From NCBI GenBank assembly GCA_032161105.1, contig JAVHTD010000032.1: 27,066 nucleotides of DNA, one strand, 5' to 3'. Positions 17,295 through 25,794 of this stretch are shown here, in pieces. The notes under the pieces were generated by a model. The model saw only the letters and a list, made by a program, of their open reading frames with translations. It made no database searches and was not told where the DNA came from. This DNA comes from Candidatus Thermosaccharophagus tengchongensis (GTDB lineage Bacteria; Armatimonadota; Fervidibacteria; Fervidibacterales; Thermosaccharophagaceae). The translations under genes were made by a program, and so were the position numbers. Numbering within the stretch: position 1 is the first letter of the stretch; the number at the start of each line of letters is the position of its first letter.

Positions 17295-18572
17295 TTACTT
17301 GCGCACTTGCCCATCACCGTAAATCACATACTTGTAGGTCGTCAACTCCCTAAGACCCATCGGACCGCGAGCGTGCAGCTTCTGCGTGCTTATTCCGATC
17401 TCGGCACCAAGACCGAACTCAAAGCCGTCGGTGAAACGGGTGCTCGCGTTGACGAAAACTGCAGCTGCATCCACTTCGGCACAGAAGCGCTGTGCGCTCT
17501 TCAAATCGCTTGTGACGATTGCCTCGGTGTGCTTTGTCCCATGACGGTTGATGTGCTCTATTGCCTCATCAAGGCTGCTTACGACCTTCACGGCGAGTAT
17601 GAGGTCAAGATACTCGGTGTCCCAATCCTCATCGCTGGCTGGGATTACCTTCGGGTGTTGCGGCAGGATGCGCAAAGTCTCTTGGCAGCCGCGAATTTCA
17701 ACTCCGGCCTCAAGCAGCCTCTTTGCCATGCGCGGCAAAAACTCATCAGCGATGTCCTTGTGAACGAGCAATGTCTCGGCTGCGTTGCAGACCGATGGGC
17801 GCTGGCACTTCGCGTTAAAAACTATCTCCTCAGCCATGTCCAAGTTGGCAGATGCATCCACATACACATGGCAGTTCCCGACACCGGTCTCAATTACGGG
17901 CACAGTCGCGTTTTCCATCACATAGCGTATAAGTCCGGCACCACCACGAGGTATCAGCACATCAATGTATTGGTTCAGGCGCATCAGATGCTGTGCTGCA
18001 GCCCTTTCAGGGGTGTCAAGCAACTGGACTGCTTCCTGCGGGACGCCGGCTTCGGAGAGAGCCTGCTTTATCACATTCGTGAGGGCAATGTTTGATTGGA
18101 GCGCCTCCGAACCGCCCTTCAGGACAACGCAATTGCCGGCCTTCAGGCAAAGCGCTGCCGAGTCAACCGTCACGTTCGGACGCGCCTCGTAAATTATCCC
18201 GATGACGCCGAGTGGCACCCTCACCTTCTGTATGATAAGACCGTTTGGGCGCTTCCAACCCTCAATGATCTCACCCACCGGATCTGGCAAAGCTGCAACT
18301 TGCCTGAGGCTCTCACTCATCGCCTCTATCCTCGCCTCATTCAAAAGCAACCTATCAATGAGCGCTTCAGAGAGCCTCTTTCTTCGCGCCTGCTCAACAT
18401 CCTCGCTGTTGCGTGAAAGTATGTATTCCCGCCTGTCAATCAATGCCTCAGCGATGTTTAACAATGCTCTGTTCTTGACATCGGTGGATAGGCTCGCCAC
18501 TATCGGGGCAACTGCTTTGGCTTGACGAGCCTTCTCCTCAACCATTTGCTCAATGCTTACATTAGCTGGCAT
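17295..18572 (-). CDS. proA: Gamma-glutamyl phosphate reductase
   Basis: VPLGVIGIIYEARPNVT, LKGGSEA, IPRGG, GVGNCH, SVCNAAETLL, VNASTRFTDG, IGISTQKLHARGPMGL. Confidence 0.98.
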   Translation of the reverse strand: MPANVSIEQMVEEKARQAKAVAPIVASLSTDVKNRALLNIAEALIDRREYILSRNSEDVEQARRKRLSEALIDRLLLNEARIEAMSESLRQVAALPDPVGEIIEGWKRPNGLIIQKVRVPLGVIGIIYEARPNVTVDSAALCLKAGNCVVLKGGSEALQSNIALTNVIKQALSEAGVPQEAVQLLDTPERAAAQHLMRLNQYIDVLIPRGGAGLIRYVMENATVPVIETGVGNCHVYVDASANLDMAEEIVFNAKCQRPSVCNAAETLLVHKDIADEFLPRMAKRLLEAGVEIRGCQETLRILPQHPKVIPASDEDWDTEYLDLILAVKVVSSLDEAIEHINRHGTKHTEAIVTSDLKSAQRFCAEVDAAAVFVNASTRFTDGFEFGLGAEIGISTQKLHARGPMGLRELTTYKYVIYGDGQVRK

Positions 18573-18635
18573 GACGAGCGCTCACCTCCGCTTCAAAAGT
18601 GCCATTATCGCTGACGCCTCACCATCTCACCGCAA

Positions 18636-19760
18636 TCAAACTATAACGAGGTTATCCCTGTGGACCACCTCATCCACAGGCTTATAACCCAACACGCTCT
18701 CAATCTGTGATGTGTGCAACCCAGCCACCTTGCGCAACTCATCTGCGCTATACGCTACCATGCCTTTCGCAAACACTCTCCCGCTCTCGTCCATCAGTGC
18801 GACAACATCGCCGGCATTGAAGTTGCCCTCAACCGAAATGACACCCGCCGGAAGTAAGCTCTTTCCATGATGCAGTATTTGCATCATAGCTCCCTCGTTC
18901 ACCACTATCTTCCCGCGAGTCCTCGGCGCATATGCGAGCCAGCGCTTCCTTGCCGGCAGACGGCGTCTCGGGACAAAGAATGTCCCAATCGCCTCACCGG
19001 AGATCACGCGCTCAAGCACATTCTCATGGCGCCCGTGTGCAATGACAAGCGGTATGCCACAGTCCATCGCCACTTGCGCCGCTTGAAGCTTTGAATACAT
19101 CCCGCCGGTGCCAAGCCCCGATTTGCTCCCTTCGGCAGCCTCCATCATTTCATCGGTTATCTCGGTGACGACATCAAGTCTCCCAGATGGCATGTAGAAG
19201 CCATCAACATCGGATAGCATGATGATGAGGTCGGCATCAACAACCAACCCGACGAGTGCCGCGAGCTGATCGTTATCGCCGAATTTTATTTCCTCAGTTG
19301 CAACCGTATCGTTTTCGTTCACGATTGGGAGCACTCCCCACTCAAACAGCTTTTGGAAGGTGTTTCTCGCATTCAGGAAGCGAGTGCGAACTGCAACATC
19401 ATCCCTCGTTAGGAGCACTTGGGCGACATGTATGCCATATCTCCAGAACAGCTCACGATATATGGACATCAGTTGAACCTGCCCAACTGCAGCTGCAGCT
19501 TGCTTTTCCGATATGGCGTGCAGGTCAATCAAACCGAGCTGTGATTTGCCCGCCCTTATGGCGCCCGAGCTGACAAGCGTTACAACTCTTTCCTTACACT
19601 GCTCACCATATCCGCTCCGATGCGGTGCGCCACGAATGACGGAGACAATTTGCTCCGCCAAAGACGCCATATAATCGGGGTCAAGTTCTTCACCACCGCC
19701 GGTTAACACAGCGGTGCCGACCTTAATCACTATGCGCTTAACATCTCGGAAGATACTCAC
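18636..19760 (-). CDS. proB: Glutamate 5-kinase with PUA domain
   Basis: IVIKVGT, LVSSGAI, AAVGQ, PIVNENDTV, FGDNDQL, GTGGMYSKL, C-terminal PUA domain (SLLPAGV...EVVHRDNL). Confidence 0.98.
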   Translation of the reverse strand: MSIFRDVKRIVIKVGTAVLTGGGEELDPDYMASLAEQIVSVIRGAPHRSGYGEQCKERVVTLVSSGAIRAGKSQLGLIDLHAISEKQAAAAVGQVQLMSIYRELFWRYGIHVAQVLLTRDDVAVRTRFLNARNTFQKLFEWGVLPIVNENDTVATEEIKFGDNDQLAALVGLVVDADLIIMLSDVDGFYMPSGRLDVVTEITDEMMEAAEGSKSGLGTGGMYSKLQAAQVAMDCGIPLVIAHGRHENVLERVISGEAIGTFFVPRRRLPARKRWLAYAPRTRGKIVVNEGAMMQILHHGKSLLPAGVISVEGNFNAGDVVALMDESGRVFAKGMVAYSADELRKVAGLHTSQIESVLGYKPVDEVVHRDNLVIV

Positions 19761-19790
19761 CTCGCCAATCTCTCGCAGCCCTTTCTGTGC

Positions 19791-21101
19791 TCATTTTGAT
19801 ACACCTCCAAGCCACGCTTCGTCTATCTCAAACTCGCGCCCGCTGATTATCACCTTCTCACCAACAGACGCACCCACCGACTTGAGCAACCCGCACACCC
19901 CAAGCCTTTTAAGCCTGCTAATGGCTTCCATGCGTGCTTGGTAATTGTTCATATCAAGCATGCGCACAACCCTCTCAACATTGTCACCGCTGATCTCGTA
20001 AACGCCCTCACGAATGGCGCTTATGGTTAACGGTTTCTTTCGTCTCAGCGCATCCGGTATGATGAGCCTTCTTGAAGCCGTCTTCGTGCGCACGCTGCTT
20101 GGCAGTAGCTGCCTTAGCAGTTCAACGACGCGCCCAATGAGCGCAGGAATGCCTTCCCCAGTCAGAGCCGATATCGGAAAGACCTCATAACCCATTGCCT
20201 CAAGCGACGGCTTGCACTCCTCAAGCATCCTCTCAGCCCCTGGCAAATCCATCTTGTTAGCTACGACAATTTGCGGTCGCTTTGCGAGCTCCGGATTGAA
20301 CAGCCTCAATTCCTCATTCACCACTTTGAAATCATTGAGCGGATGCCGTCCCTCGCCCCCTGACATGTCAAGCAGGTGAAGTAGCAGTTGGCACCTTTCA
20401 ACATGCTTGAGGAAGCTATGCCCCAAGCCGGCACCACGATGCGCCCCCTCAATCAAGCCGGGTATATCGGCGACGACGAAACTGAAGTTATTGACCCGCA
20501 CAGTCCCTAAGTTGGGCACAAGCGTTGTGAATGGGTAGTCCGCTATCTTTGGGCGCGCCGCCGAAATGCGCGATATGAGCGTTGACTTCCCAACATTCGG
20601 GTAGCCAATCAACCCAACATCGGCAAGCAACTTCAACTCCAAACGAAGACGCCTCACTTCACCAATGTCACCAAACTCGGCAAACTTGGGCGCTTGTCTG
20701 ACTGGATTTGCAAATGCTGCATTGCCCCTCCCACCAATGCCACCTCTGGCAACGAGCACCATCATGCCGTGCTCATTTAGATCGGAGAGCAACTCACCGC
20801 TCTCAGCATCGTAGACGAGCGTGCCAACTGGAACGCGTATGATGAGGTCATCACCATCCTTCCCCTTGCGCTTCTTGCCAGACCCATGCTCACCATTCGG
20901 TGCCTTGTAGTAGCGATTGAGTTGAAGGTCAATCAAAGTGCGGACACCCTCATCAGCCCGAATTATCACACTCCCACCGCGCCCACCATCACCGCCATCC
21001 GGTCCACCACGAGGCACAAACTTCTCTCTCCTAAAGCTAACAGCACCATTGCCTCCCCTGCCACCTTCAACCACGATCTCCGCTTCATCAACGAAGCGCA
21101 T
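19791..21101 (-). CDS. obgE: GTPase ObgE/CgtA with C-terminal Obg domain
   Basis: FVDEA, Gly-rich Obg fold ([18 protein letters not shown]), [25 protein letters not shown]. Confidence 0.98.
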   Translation of the reverse strand: MRFVDEAEIVVEGGRGGNGAVSFRREKFVPRGGPDGGDGGRGGSVIIRADEGVRTLIDLQLNRYYKAPNGEHGSGKKRKGKDGDDLIIRVPVGTLVYDAESGELLSDLNEHGMMVLVARGGIGGRGNAAFANPVRQAPKFAEFGDIGEVRRLRLELKLLADVGLIGYPNVGKSTLISRISAARPKIADYPFTTLVPNLGTVRVNNFSFVVADIPGLIEGAHRGAGLGHSFLKHVERCQLLLHLLDMSGGEGRHPLNDFKVVNEELRLFNPELAKRPQIVVANKMDLPGAERMLEECKPSLEAMGYEVFPISALTGEGIPALIGRVVELLRQLLPSSVRTKTASRRLIIPDALRRKKPLTISAIREGVYEISGDNVERVVRMLDMNNYQARMEAISRLKRLGVCGLLKSVGASVGEKVIISGREFEIDEAWLGGVSK

Positions 21102-21122
21102 CGCTCAACCCTGCCAAATGAA

Positions 21123-21150
21123 TTGCGTCGGGGATGCTTCCCCGACGCAA
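21123..21150 (-). terminator. Perfect 12-bp hairpin between rpmA and obgE (probable partial terminator or stabiliser)
   Basis: TTGCGTCGGGGA-TGCT-TCCCCGACGCAA; followed on the minus strand by TTCATTT. Confidence 0.6.
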
Positions 21151-21232
21151 CGATGCTTTACTCTCACCCATCATGCTGGATGGATTTAGGCATCAAGCTC
21201 AGTCATTAACGCGCTGCCCTCATACCGTCGCT

Positions 21233-21493
21233 TTACACTGGCGTTGCGTAAACGCTGACCCTCGTCTTACTCTTTCCAACTCGCTCAAACTTGACATAGC
21301 CATCAATGAGGGCAAAGAGCGTATCATCGCTGCCCCAACCGACATTTATTCCCGGAAGTATCCTCGTTCCGCGCTGCCGAACAAGCACCGACCCGGCGCG
21401 CACAAACTCGCCACCAAATGCCTTCACTCCGAGGCGCTTTGAGTTGCTATCGCGACCGTTGCGGGTGCTCCCGCCACTCTTCTTGTGCGCCAT
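21233..21493 (-). CDS. rpmA: 50S ribosomal protein L27
   Basis: [24 protein letters not shown]...RQRGT...DDTLFA; AGGAGGTG RBS. Confidence 0.99.
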   Translation of the reverse strand: MAHKKSGGSTRNGRDSNSKRLGVKAFGGEFVRAGSVLVRQRGTRILPGINVGWGSDDTLFALIDGYVKFERVGKSKTRVSVYATPV

Positions 21494-21505
21494 TGAAATC
21501 ACCTC

Positions 21506-21841
21506 CTATCTTGGCAGCTCACTCGGGAGCGAAATGTCAAGCACCTTGACCTTCGTGAACCATTGCCTATGCCCGCGCTTCCTCCTATATCGCTTCTTGG
21601 GACGATACTTGAAGACGATAATCTTGCGTCCACGATGATGCTTTACCACCTGCGCGGTAACCTTAGCCCCATCAATGTATGGGCTACCCACAATCGTCTT
21701 CCCATCGGCACGGATGAGCAGCACCCTTGAGAACTCAACCTTCTCCCCCTCTTTTGAATCAATCAAGTCAATGTCAAGCTCCATATTCGGCTCAACGCAA
21801 TATTGCCTGCCACACGCTTCAATCACCGCTTTCACCTTCAC
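21506..21841 (-). CDS. rplU: 50S ribosomal protein L21
   Basis: AVIEACGRQY, VGSPY, KIIVFKYRPKKRYRRKRGHRQWFT. GTG start ambiguous (21850, 21841 or 21835); 21841 has the best-spaced GGGGTG SD. Confidence 0.96.
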   Translation of the reverse strand: MKVKAVIEACGRQYCVEPNMELDIDLIDSKEGEKVEFSRVLLIRADGKTIVGSPYIDGAKVTAQVVKHHRGRKIIVFKYRPKKRYRRKRGHRQWFTKVKVLDISLPSELPR

Positions 21842-21857
21842 CGCTTTCACCCCTTTT

Positions 21858-21930
21858 GGGTGGGACGAAAATTCCCCTTACACCGGCCAAAGTCGGAAAC
21901 AACTTTGCCGTAAAGGGATTGCGCCACACC
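21858..21930 (-). promoter_or_regulatory. Structured 5' leader of rplU-rpmA (candidate ribosomal-protein leader)
   Basis: Nested pairings on the minus strand: GGTGTGGCG/CGTCCCACC, TCCCTTTAC/GTAAGGGGA, GGC/GCC, AAAGTTG-TTTC-CGACTTT. Confidence 0.55.
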
Positions 21931-21939
21931 TTTACCAAA

Positions 21940-21950
21940 AGTATAGCGCA
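21940..21950 (-). promoter_or_regulatory. Putative -10 (TGCGC-TATACT) for the rplU operon
   Basis: TATACT on the minus strand at 21945-21940, immediately upstream of the hairpin leader. Confidence 0.5.
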
Positions 21951-22023
21951 CTGCTTGCATGACATTAATTCCATTTGCGATGCTCAATTCGGCACGACGC
22001 GCTCTCCCGAAAGACTCCAGCAG

Positions 22024-22032
22024 TGTTAGAAT
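22024..22032 (+). promoter_or_regulatory. Putative extended -10 (TG-T-TAGAAT) for the UroD-like/mtlD unit
   Basis: Matches TGnTAnnnT about 50 nt before ATG 22082. Confidence 0.4.
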
Positions 22033-22081
22033 GCCATTTGGGTTTATGCACCACACATCGCCTTCAGGGGGTGATGGTTTG

Positions 22082-23194
22082 ATGGGCAGCGGGAAAATGA
22101 GCGCAAGGGAACGCTTCATAGCGACGATGAAGTTTGGCGAGCCAGATAGGGTCTTTTACATGCCGCATTGGTTTTGGGCGACGACGGTTGAGCGATGGCA
22201 CACAGAGGGATTGCCGAGGGATGTGCACATTGATGAGTATTTCGGCTTTGACAGATATGAAGTGGTGCCAATCAACCTCGGTCTCCTGCCGCCGTTTGAA
22301 TACGAGGTCTATTACGAGGATGACGAATATCGCATTTACAGGCGCGGCGATGGTCAAATAGTTAAAGAGTTCAAGCGTCGCCCAGAAGGCAGCATGCCAC
22401 AGTGGCTTGACTACGCACTCAAGAGCGAGGAGGATTGGGAGAGGCAATTTAAGCCGCGCCTCAACCCAAACTCACCAGCACGCTACCCGCTATGGTGGGA
22501 TGACTATGTCCGCTCGGTCAGAGACAGGGATTACCCCCTCGGCATACACCTCGGTTCATATTACGGTTGGCTGCGCAATTGGATGGGCGTTGAAAACCTG
22601 AGTTACATGATGTATGACAACCCACAGCTTGTTGAGGAGATGTGCAACTACTTAGCGGACTTCGTGATAAAGGTCGTTGAGAGGGCGCTTGAGGAGATCA
22701 AGCCCGACTTCGCACTCATGTGGGAAGACATGGCTATGAAGTCAGGACCGCTTTGCTCACCGGAGCACTTCCGCAGGTTTATGCTCCCGTGCTACAAGAA
22801 GGTGACGGGCTTTGCTCGCTCCTATGGCGTTGATATTGTGCTGCTTGATAGCGATGGGCATGTTGACCCGCTTATACCGCTCTGGCTTGAAGGTGGTGTC
22901 ACTGGAGTATACCCATTTGAGAGGGCTGCAAATGAGGACATCGTCGCACTCAGAAAGCAATATGGAAAGAGCCTCATCATCATCGGCGGTGTTGATAAGA
23001 GGGTGCTCGCAAGGAGCGAGGATGAAATAAAGCACCACCTGCTTGAGGAGTTGCAACTTCCGTGGATGATTTCTCAGGGCGGTTATGTTCCATTCATTGA
23101 CCACGCAGTCCCACCAGATGTGCCGCTGAAGAACTTCCAATTCTATTGGGATTTGGTGAGGGACATTGCCGAGCACCCAGATAAGTATGCGTGA
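22082..23194 (+). CDS. Uroporphyrinogen decarboxylase / MtaA-CmuA methyltransferase family protein (paralogue 1)
   Basis: MSARERF...PDR, RNWMGVENL, WEDMA, SPEHFRRF, DSDG, GGVDK, GGYVP..DHAVPPDVP..NF. Lacks the HemE RQAGR motif, so it is not canonical hemE. Confidence 0.85.
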   Translation: MGSGKMSARERFIATMKFGEPDRVFYMPHWFWATTVERWHTEGLPRDVHIDEYFGFDRYEVVPINLGLLPPFEYEVYYEDDEYRIYRRGDGQIVKEFKRRPEGSMPQWLDYALKSEEDWERQFKPRLNPNSPARYPLWWDDYVRSVRDRDYPLGIHLGSYYGWLRNWMGVENLSYMMYDNPQLVEEMCNYLADFVIKVVERALEEIKPDFALMWEDMAMKSGPLCSPEHFRRFMLPCYKKVTGFARSYGVDIVLLDSDGHVDPLIPLWLEGGVTGVYPFERAANEDIVALRKQYGKSLIIIGGVDKRVLARSEDEIKHHLLEELQLPWMISQGGYVPFIDHAVPPDVPLKNFQFYWDLVRDIAEHPDKYA

Positions 23195-23297
23195 GCTTGT
23201 AGCATTATCGCCGCATGCAACATTTGCGACATAGGTGATGCGCAAATAGCGCTGGTGAGCGCAACAGCTTACCGAAGGTAAGAGGAGGGGATGGAAG

Positions 23298-24362
23298 ATG
23301 AGCAGCAGGGAAAAGTTTGCAGGTGTGCTCAAGTTTGAGCTGACGAATGTTCTGTCGCTACCGCATTTGTTCTACCAGGTGCACGGTGAGGCTGTCAGGA
23401 GATGGCAGCGTGAGGGTCTGCCGAGAGATGTTCATGTTGTTGAGCACCTCGGGCTTGAGCGCGTTGAGCTTATGCCGATTAATGTCGGACCAGTGCCGCA
23501 TTACGAAAGGGGCAGGCTTGAGGAAATTGAGGAGTGGCGCTTAAGCATGGACAGGGACTTCAGGGCAAAGATAAGCGAGGAGATCGCGATCGTTGAGGGA
23601 CAACCGCCAATAAGGCAACCGAGCGACTGGGAATGGTTCAAACGCCTGCTGAATCCTCAATCCCCGGCGCGCTACCCGCGCTTCTGGGACAATTACAAGC
23701 GCGTTGTTTCCGATAGAACCTATGGGCTCGGAATATATGTCGGTTCACCGCTCAGTTGGCTAATTGAATGGCTCGGTGTGAGGGGCTTCTGCGACGCACT
23801 GAACAACAACAGGCAGTGGTTGAATGAGGTGCTTGAATGGTTGACTAACTTTGTCATTGAAACAACGAGGAGGGCTGTAAGCGAGGTTGCAGTTGACTTT
23901 GCGATGTTTGGGGAGGGATGCGCTTATAGGGCTGTTGCCGCTGCCGGAAGCGATGAAGTGTGCTCGCTCATGAGAAAGCCATATGAAGCCATCGTGAACC
24001 ATCTTCGCCAGCATGGCATCAAGCTCATCATTATGCACGCCAACGGCAATGTCGCGTCGCTCATTCCGATGTGGCTTGATGTGGGCATAAATGTGTTGGC
24101 ACCGATACAGGCGAGCGCCGGAATGGATGCGCTCTCACTGCGCAAAACCTATGGGAAAAGCTTGGCGTTCATTGGCGGCATAGATAGAGAGGCGCTTTCG
24201 GGGGGCAAGAGGGATGTAGCTGATGAGCTGTTGCGCAAGGTGCCGAGATTGATTGCCGACGGCGGATACATACCAGCACCGGATGGCGTTGTGCAAGCCA
24301 ATGTGCCATGGGATAACATGCGCTACTACTTTGAACTGCTCCACAGCATTGCCGAGGGTTAG
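23298..24362 (+). CDS. Uroporphyrinogen decarboxylase family protein (paralogue 2, divergent)
   Basis: Shares RWxxEGLPRDVH and LNPxSPARYP..WDxY with paralogue 1; also GGID, GGYIP, VPWDN; GGAGGGG RBS. Confidence 0.82.
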   Translation: MSSREKFAGVLKFELTNVLSLPHLFYQVHGEAVRRWQREGLPRDVHVVEHLGLERVELMPINVGPVPHYERGRLEEIEEWRLSMDRDFRAKISEEIAIVEGQPPIRQPSDWEWFKRLLNPQSPARYPRFWDNYKRVVSDRTYGLGIYVGSPLSWLIEWLGVRGFCDALNNNRQWLNEVLEWLTNFVIETTRRAVSEVAVDFAMFGEGCAYRAVAAAGSDEVCSLMRKPYEAIVNHLRQHGIKLIIMHANGNVASLIPMWLDVGINVLAPIQASAGMDALSLRKTYGKSLAFIGGIDREALSGGKRDVADELLRKVPRLIADGGYIPAPDGVVQANVPWDNMRYYFELLHSIAEG

Positions 24363-24429
24363 ATTGCCTTAAAACATGGGCACCGTTGGATGGCGATAGC
24401 AATTCGCCAGCGCTTGAAGTGGTGTTGAA

Positions 24430-25626
24430 ATGAAGCTGCTTCAATTTGGTGCTGGCAACATAGGGCGAGGATTCATAGGGCAAATATTTGCGCATGCTGG
24501 CTATGAAGTTGTCTTCGTTGATATCAACGGCGAACTTGTGAGGCTCATAAACGAGCGCCGCAAATACACAATTGAGGTGCGAGATGAACCACCAAGGAAG
24601 CTCACGGTTGAAGGCGTAAGGGCAATACACTTCAATGACACCGAGTCAGTGATCGGAGAGCTGTGCGAATGTGACATAGCTTCAACTGCTGTTGGTGTGT
24701 CAGCCCTTCCGCAACTCTTCCCCGTCATCTCACTCGGATTGCTCAAGCGCTGGCAAGGTGGTGGCAAACCGCTTGACATCATCATCTGTGAGAACTTGAG
24801 AAATGCATCCCTTTACTTCCGCGGTGGGCTGTCTGCGCATCTTCCAAGGGATTTCCCAATTGACGATTTTGTCGGCTTGGTTGAAACAAGCATAGGGCGG
24901 ATGATGCCGATAGTGCCCGAGGAAGTCCGAAAGCGTGATCCGTTGCTCCTTTACGCTGAAGCCTATGATACGCTCATCGTTGACGGGTGTGCATTCAAGA
25001 ACCCGCTCCCACAAGTCCCGCAGATTGATGCCAAGAGGAACATGAGGGCTTATGTGGACAGGAAGCTTTTCATACACAACCTCGGTCACAGCGCCATCGC
25101 TTACATGGCTTATGTCACTGACCCGCAAATCAAATACATCTGGCAGGCTTTGGAGAACGAGCAAATCAAATCGGTGGCAACGCAAGCCATGTGGGAGTCA
25201 GCCCTCTCACTAATCCGTGAATACCCAGATGAGTTTGACGAATGCAACCAACGAGAGCATATTGATGACCTGCTGCGCAGGTTCTCAAACAGGTATCTCG
25301 GAGATACAGTTTACAGGGTTGGCAGGGACTTAATCCGCAAGCTCGGAAGGGATGAGCGCATAATAGGCGCACTGCTGCTTGACCTCAAACATGGTATTGA
25401 GCCTAACGCCACCGCAGCTGTGCTCGCTGCAGCATTGCTTTTTAGAGCAACAGATGAACATGGAGAGCTTTACCCAAGCGATAAAGAGTTCTCAAGCAAG
25501 TGGTATCCAAAAGGCGTTGAGGTGATATTGACCGAACTGTGCGGATTGAACCCGAATGATGAACCACAAAGACGAATCATTGAGCGGGTGCGCACACTGC
25601 ATGATGATTTCGTTCGCCGCTCATGA
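24430..25626 (+). CDS. mtlD: Mannitol-1-phosphate 5-dehydrogenase family protein
   Basis: QFGAGNIGRGFIG, STAVG, IICEN, ETSIGRMMP, RKLFIHNLGH, RFSN..LGD..RVGRD..RKL..ER. Confidence 0.85.
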   Translation: MKLLQFGAGNIGRGFIGQIFAHAGYEVVFVDINGELVRLINERRKYTIEVRDEPPRKLTVEGVRAIHFNDTESVIGELCECDIASTAVGVSALPQLFPVISLGLLKRWQGGGKPLDIIICENLRNASLYFRGGLSAHLPRDFPIDDFVGLVETSIGRMMPIVPEEVRKRDPLLLYAEAYDTLIVDGCAFKNPLPQVPQIDAKRNMRAYVDRKLFIHNLGHSAIAYMAYVTDPQIKYIWQALENEQIKSVATQAMWESALSLIREYPDEFDECNQREHIDDLLRRFSNRYLGDTVYRVGRDLIRKLGRDERIIGALLLDLKHGIEPNATAAVLAAALLFRATDEHGELYPSDKEFSSKWYPKGVEVILTELCGLNPNDEPQRRIIERVRTLHDDFVRRS

Positions 25627-25765
25627 TGCATCGGCAAGACATGAAAAGCAAATGTGCAACTCTTACTAAACAACGCGTTGCATAACGCTGCTGTGAAAAC
25701 CTCACGGGCAAATGCAATCACCGCAAGCCTTAAACACCTGCTCATATACTCCGCCGCTGCGTCGT

Positions 25766-25794
25766 TTTACATTCGCTTCCATCCGCGTCATAAT
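25766..25794 (+). promoter_or_regulatory. Sigma70-type promoter TTTACA-N17-CATAAT
   Basis: Both hexamers match consensus at 5/6 positions with 17-nt spacing, in the 436-bp gap before the lipoprotein gene. Confidence 0.55.

Noticed and set aside
17178..18416. 305-aa and 106-aa ORFs antisense to proA
   Set aside because: Shadow ORFs with no recognisable motifs or RBS, lying essentially opposite a conserved gene.
22082..24362. Calling the UroD-family genes hemE or corrinoid methyltransferases
   Set aside because: No RQAGR motif, no HxC Zn motif, and no haem or corrinoid genes nearby.
25700..25740. GGGCAAA...CGCAAGCC resembling a c-di-GMP-I riboswitch
   Set aside because: No GNRA-capped stem between the motifs, the spacing is too short, and it lies upstream of the predicted promoter.
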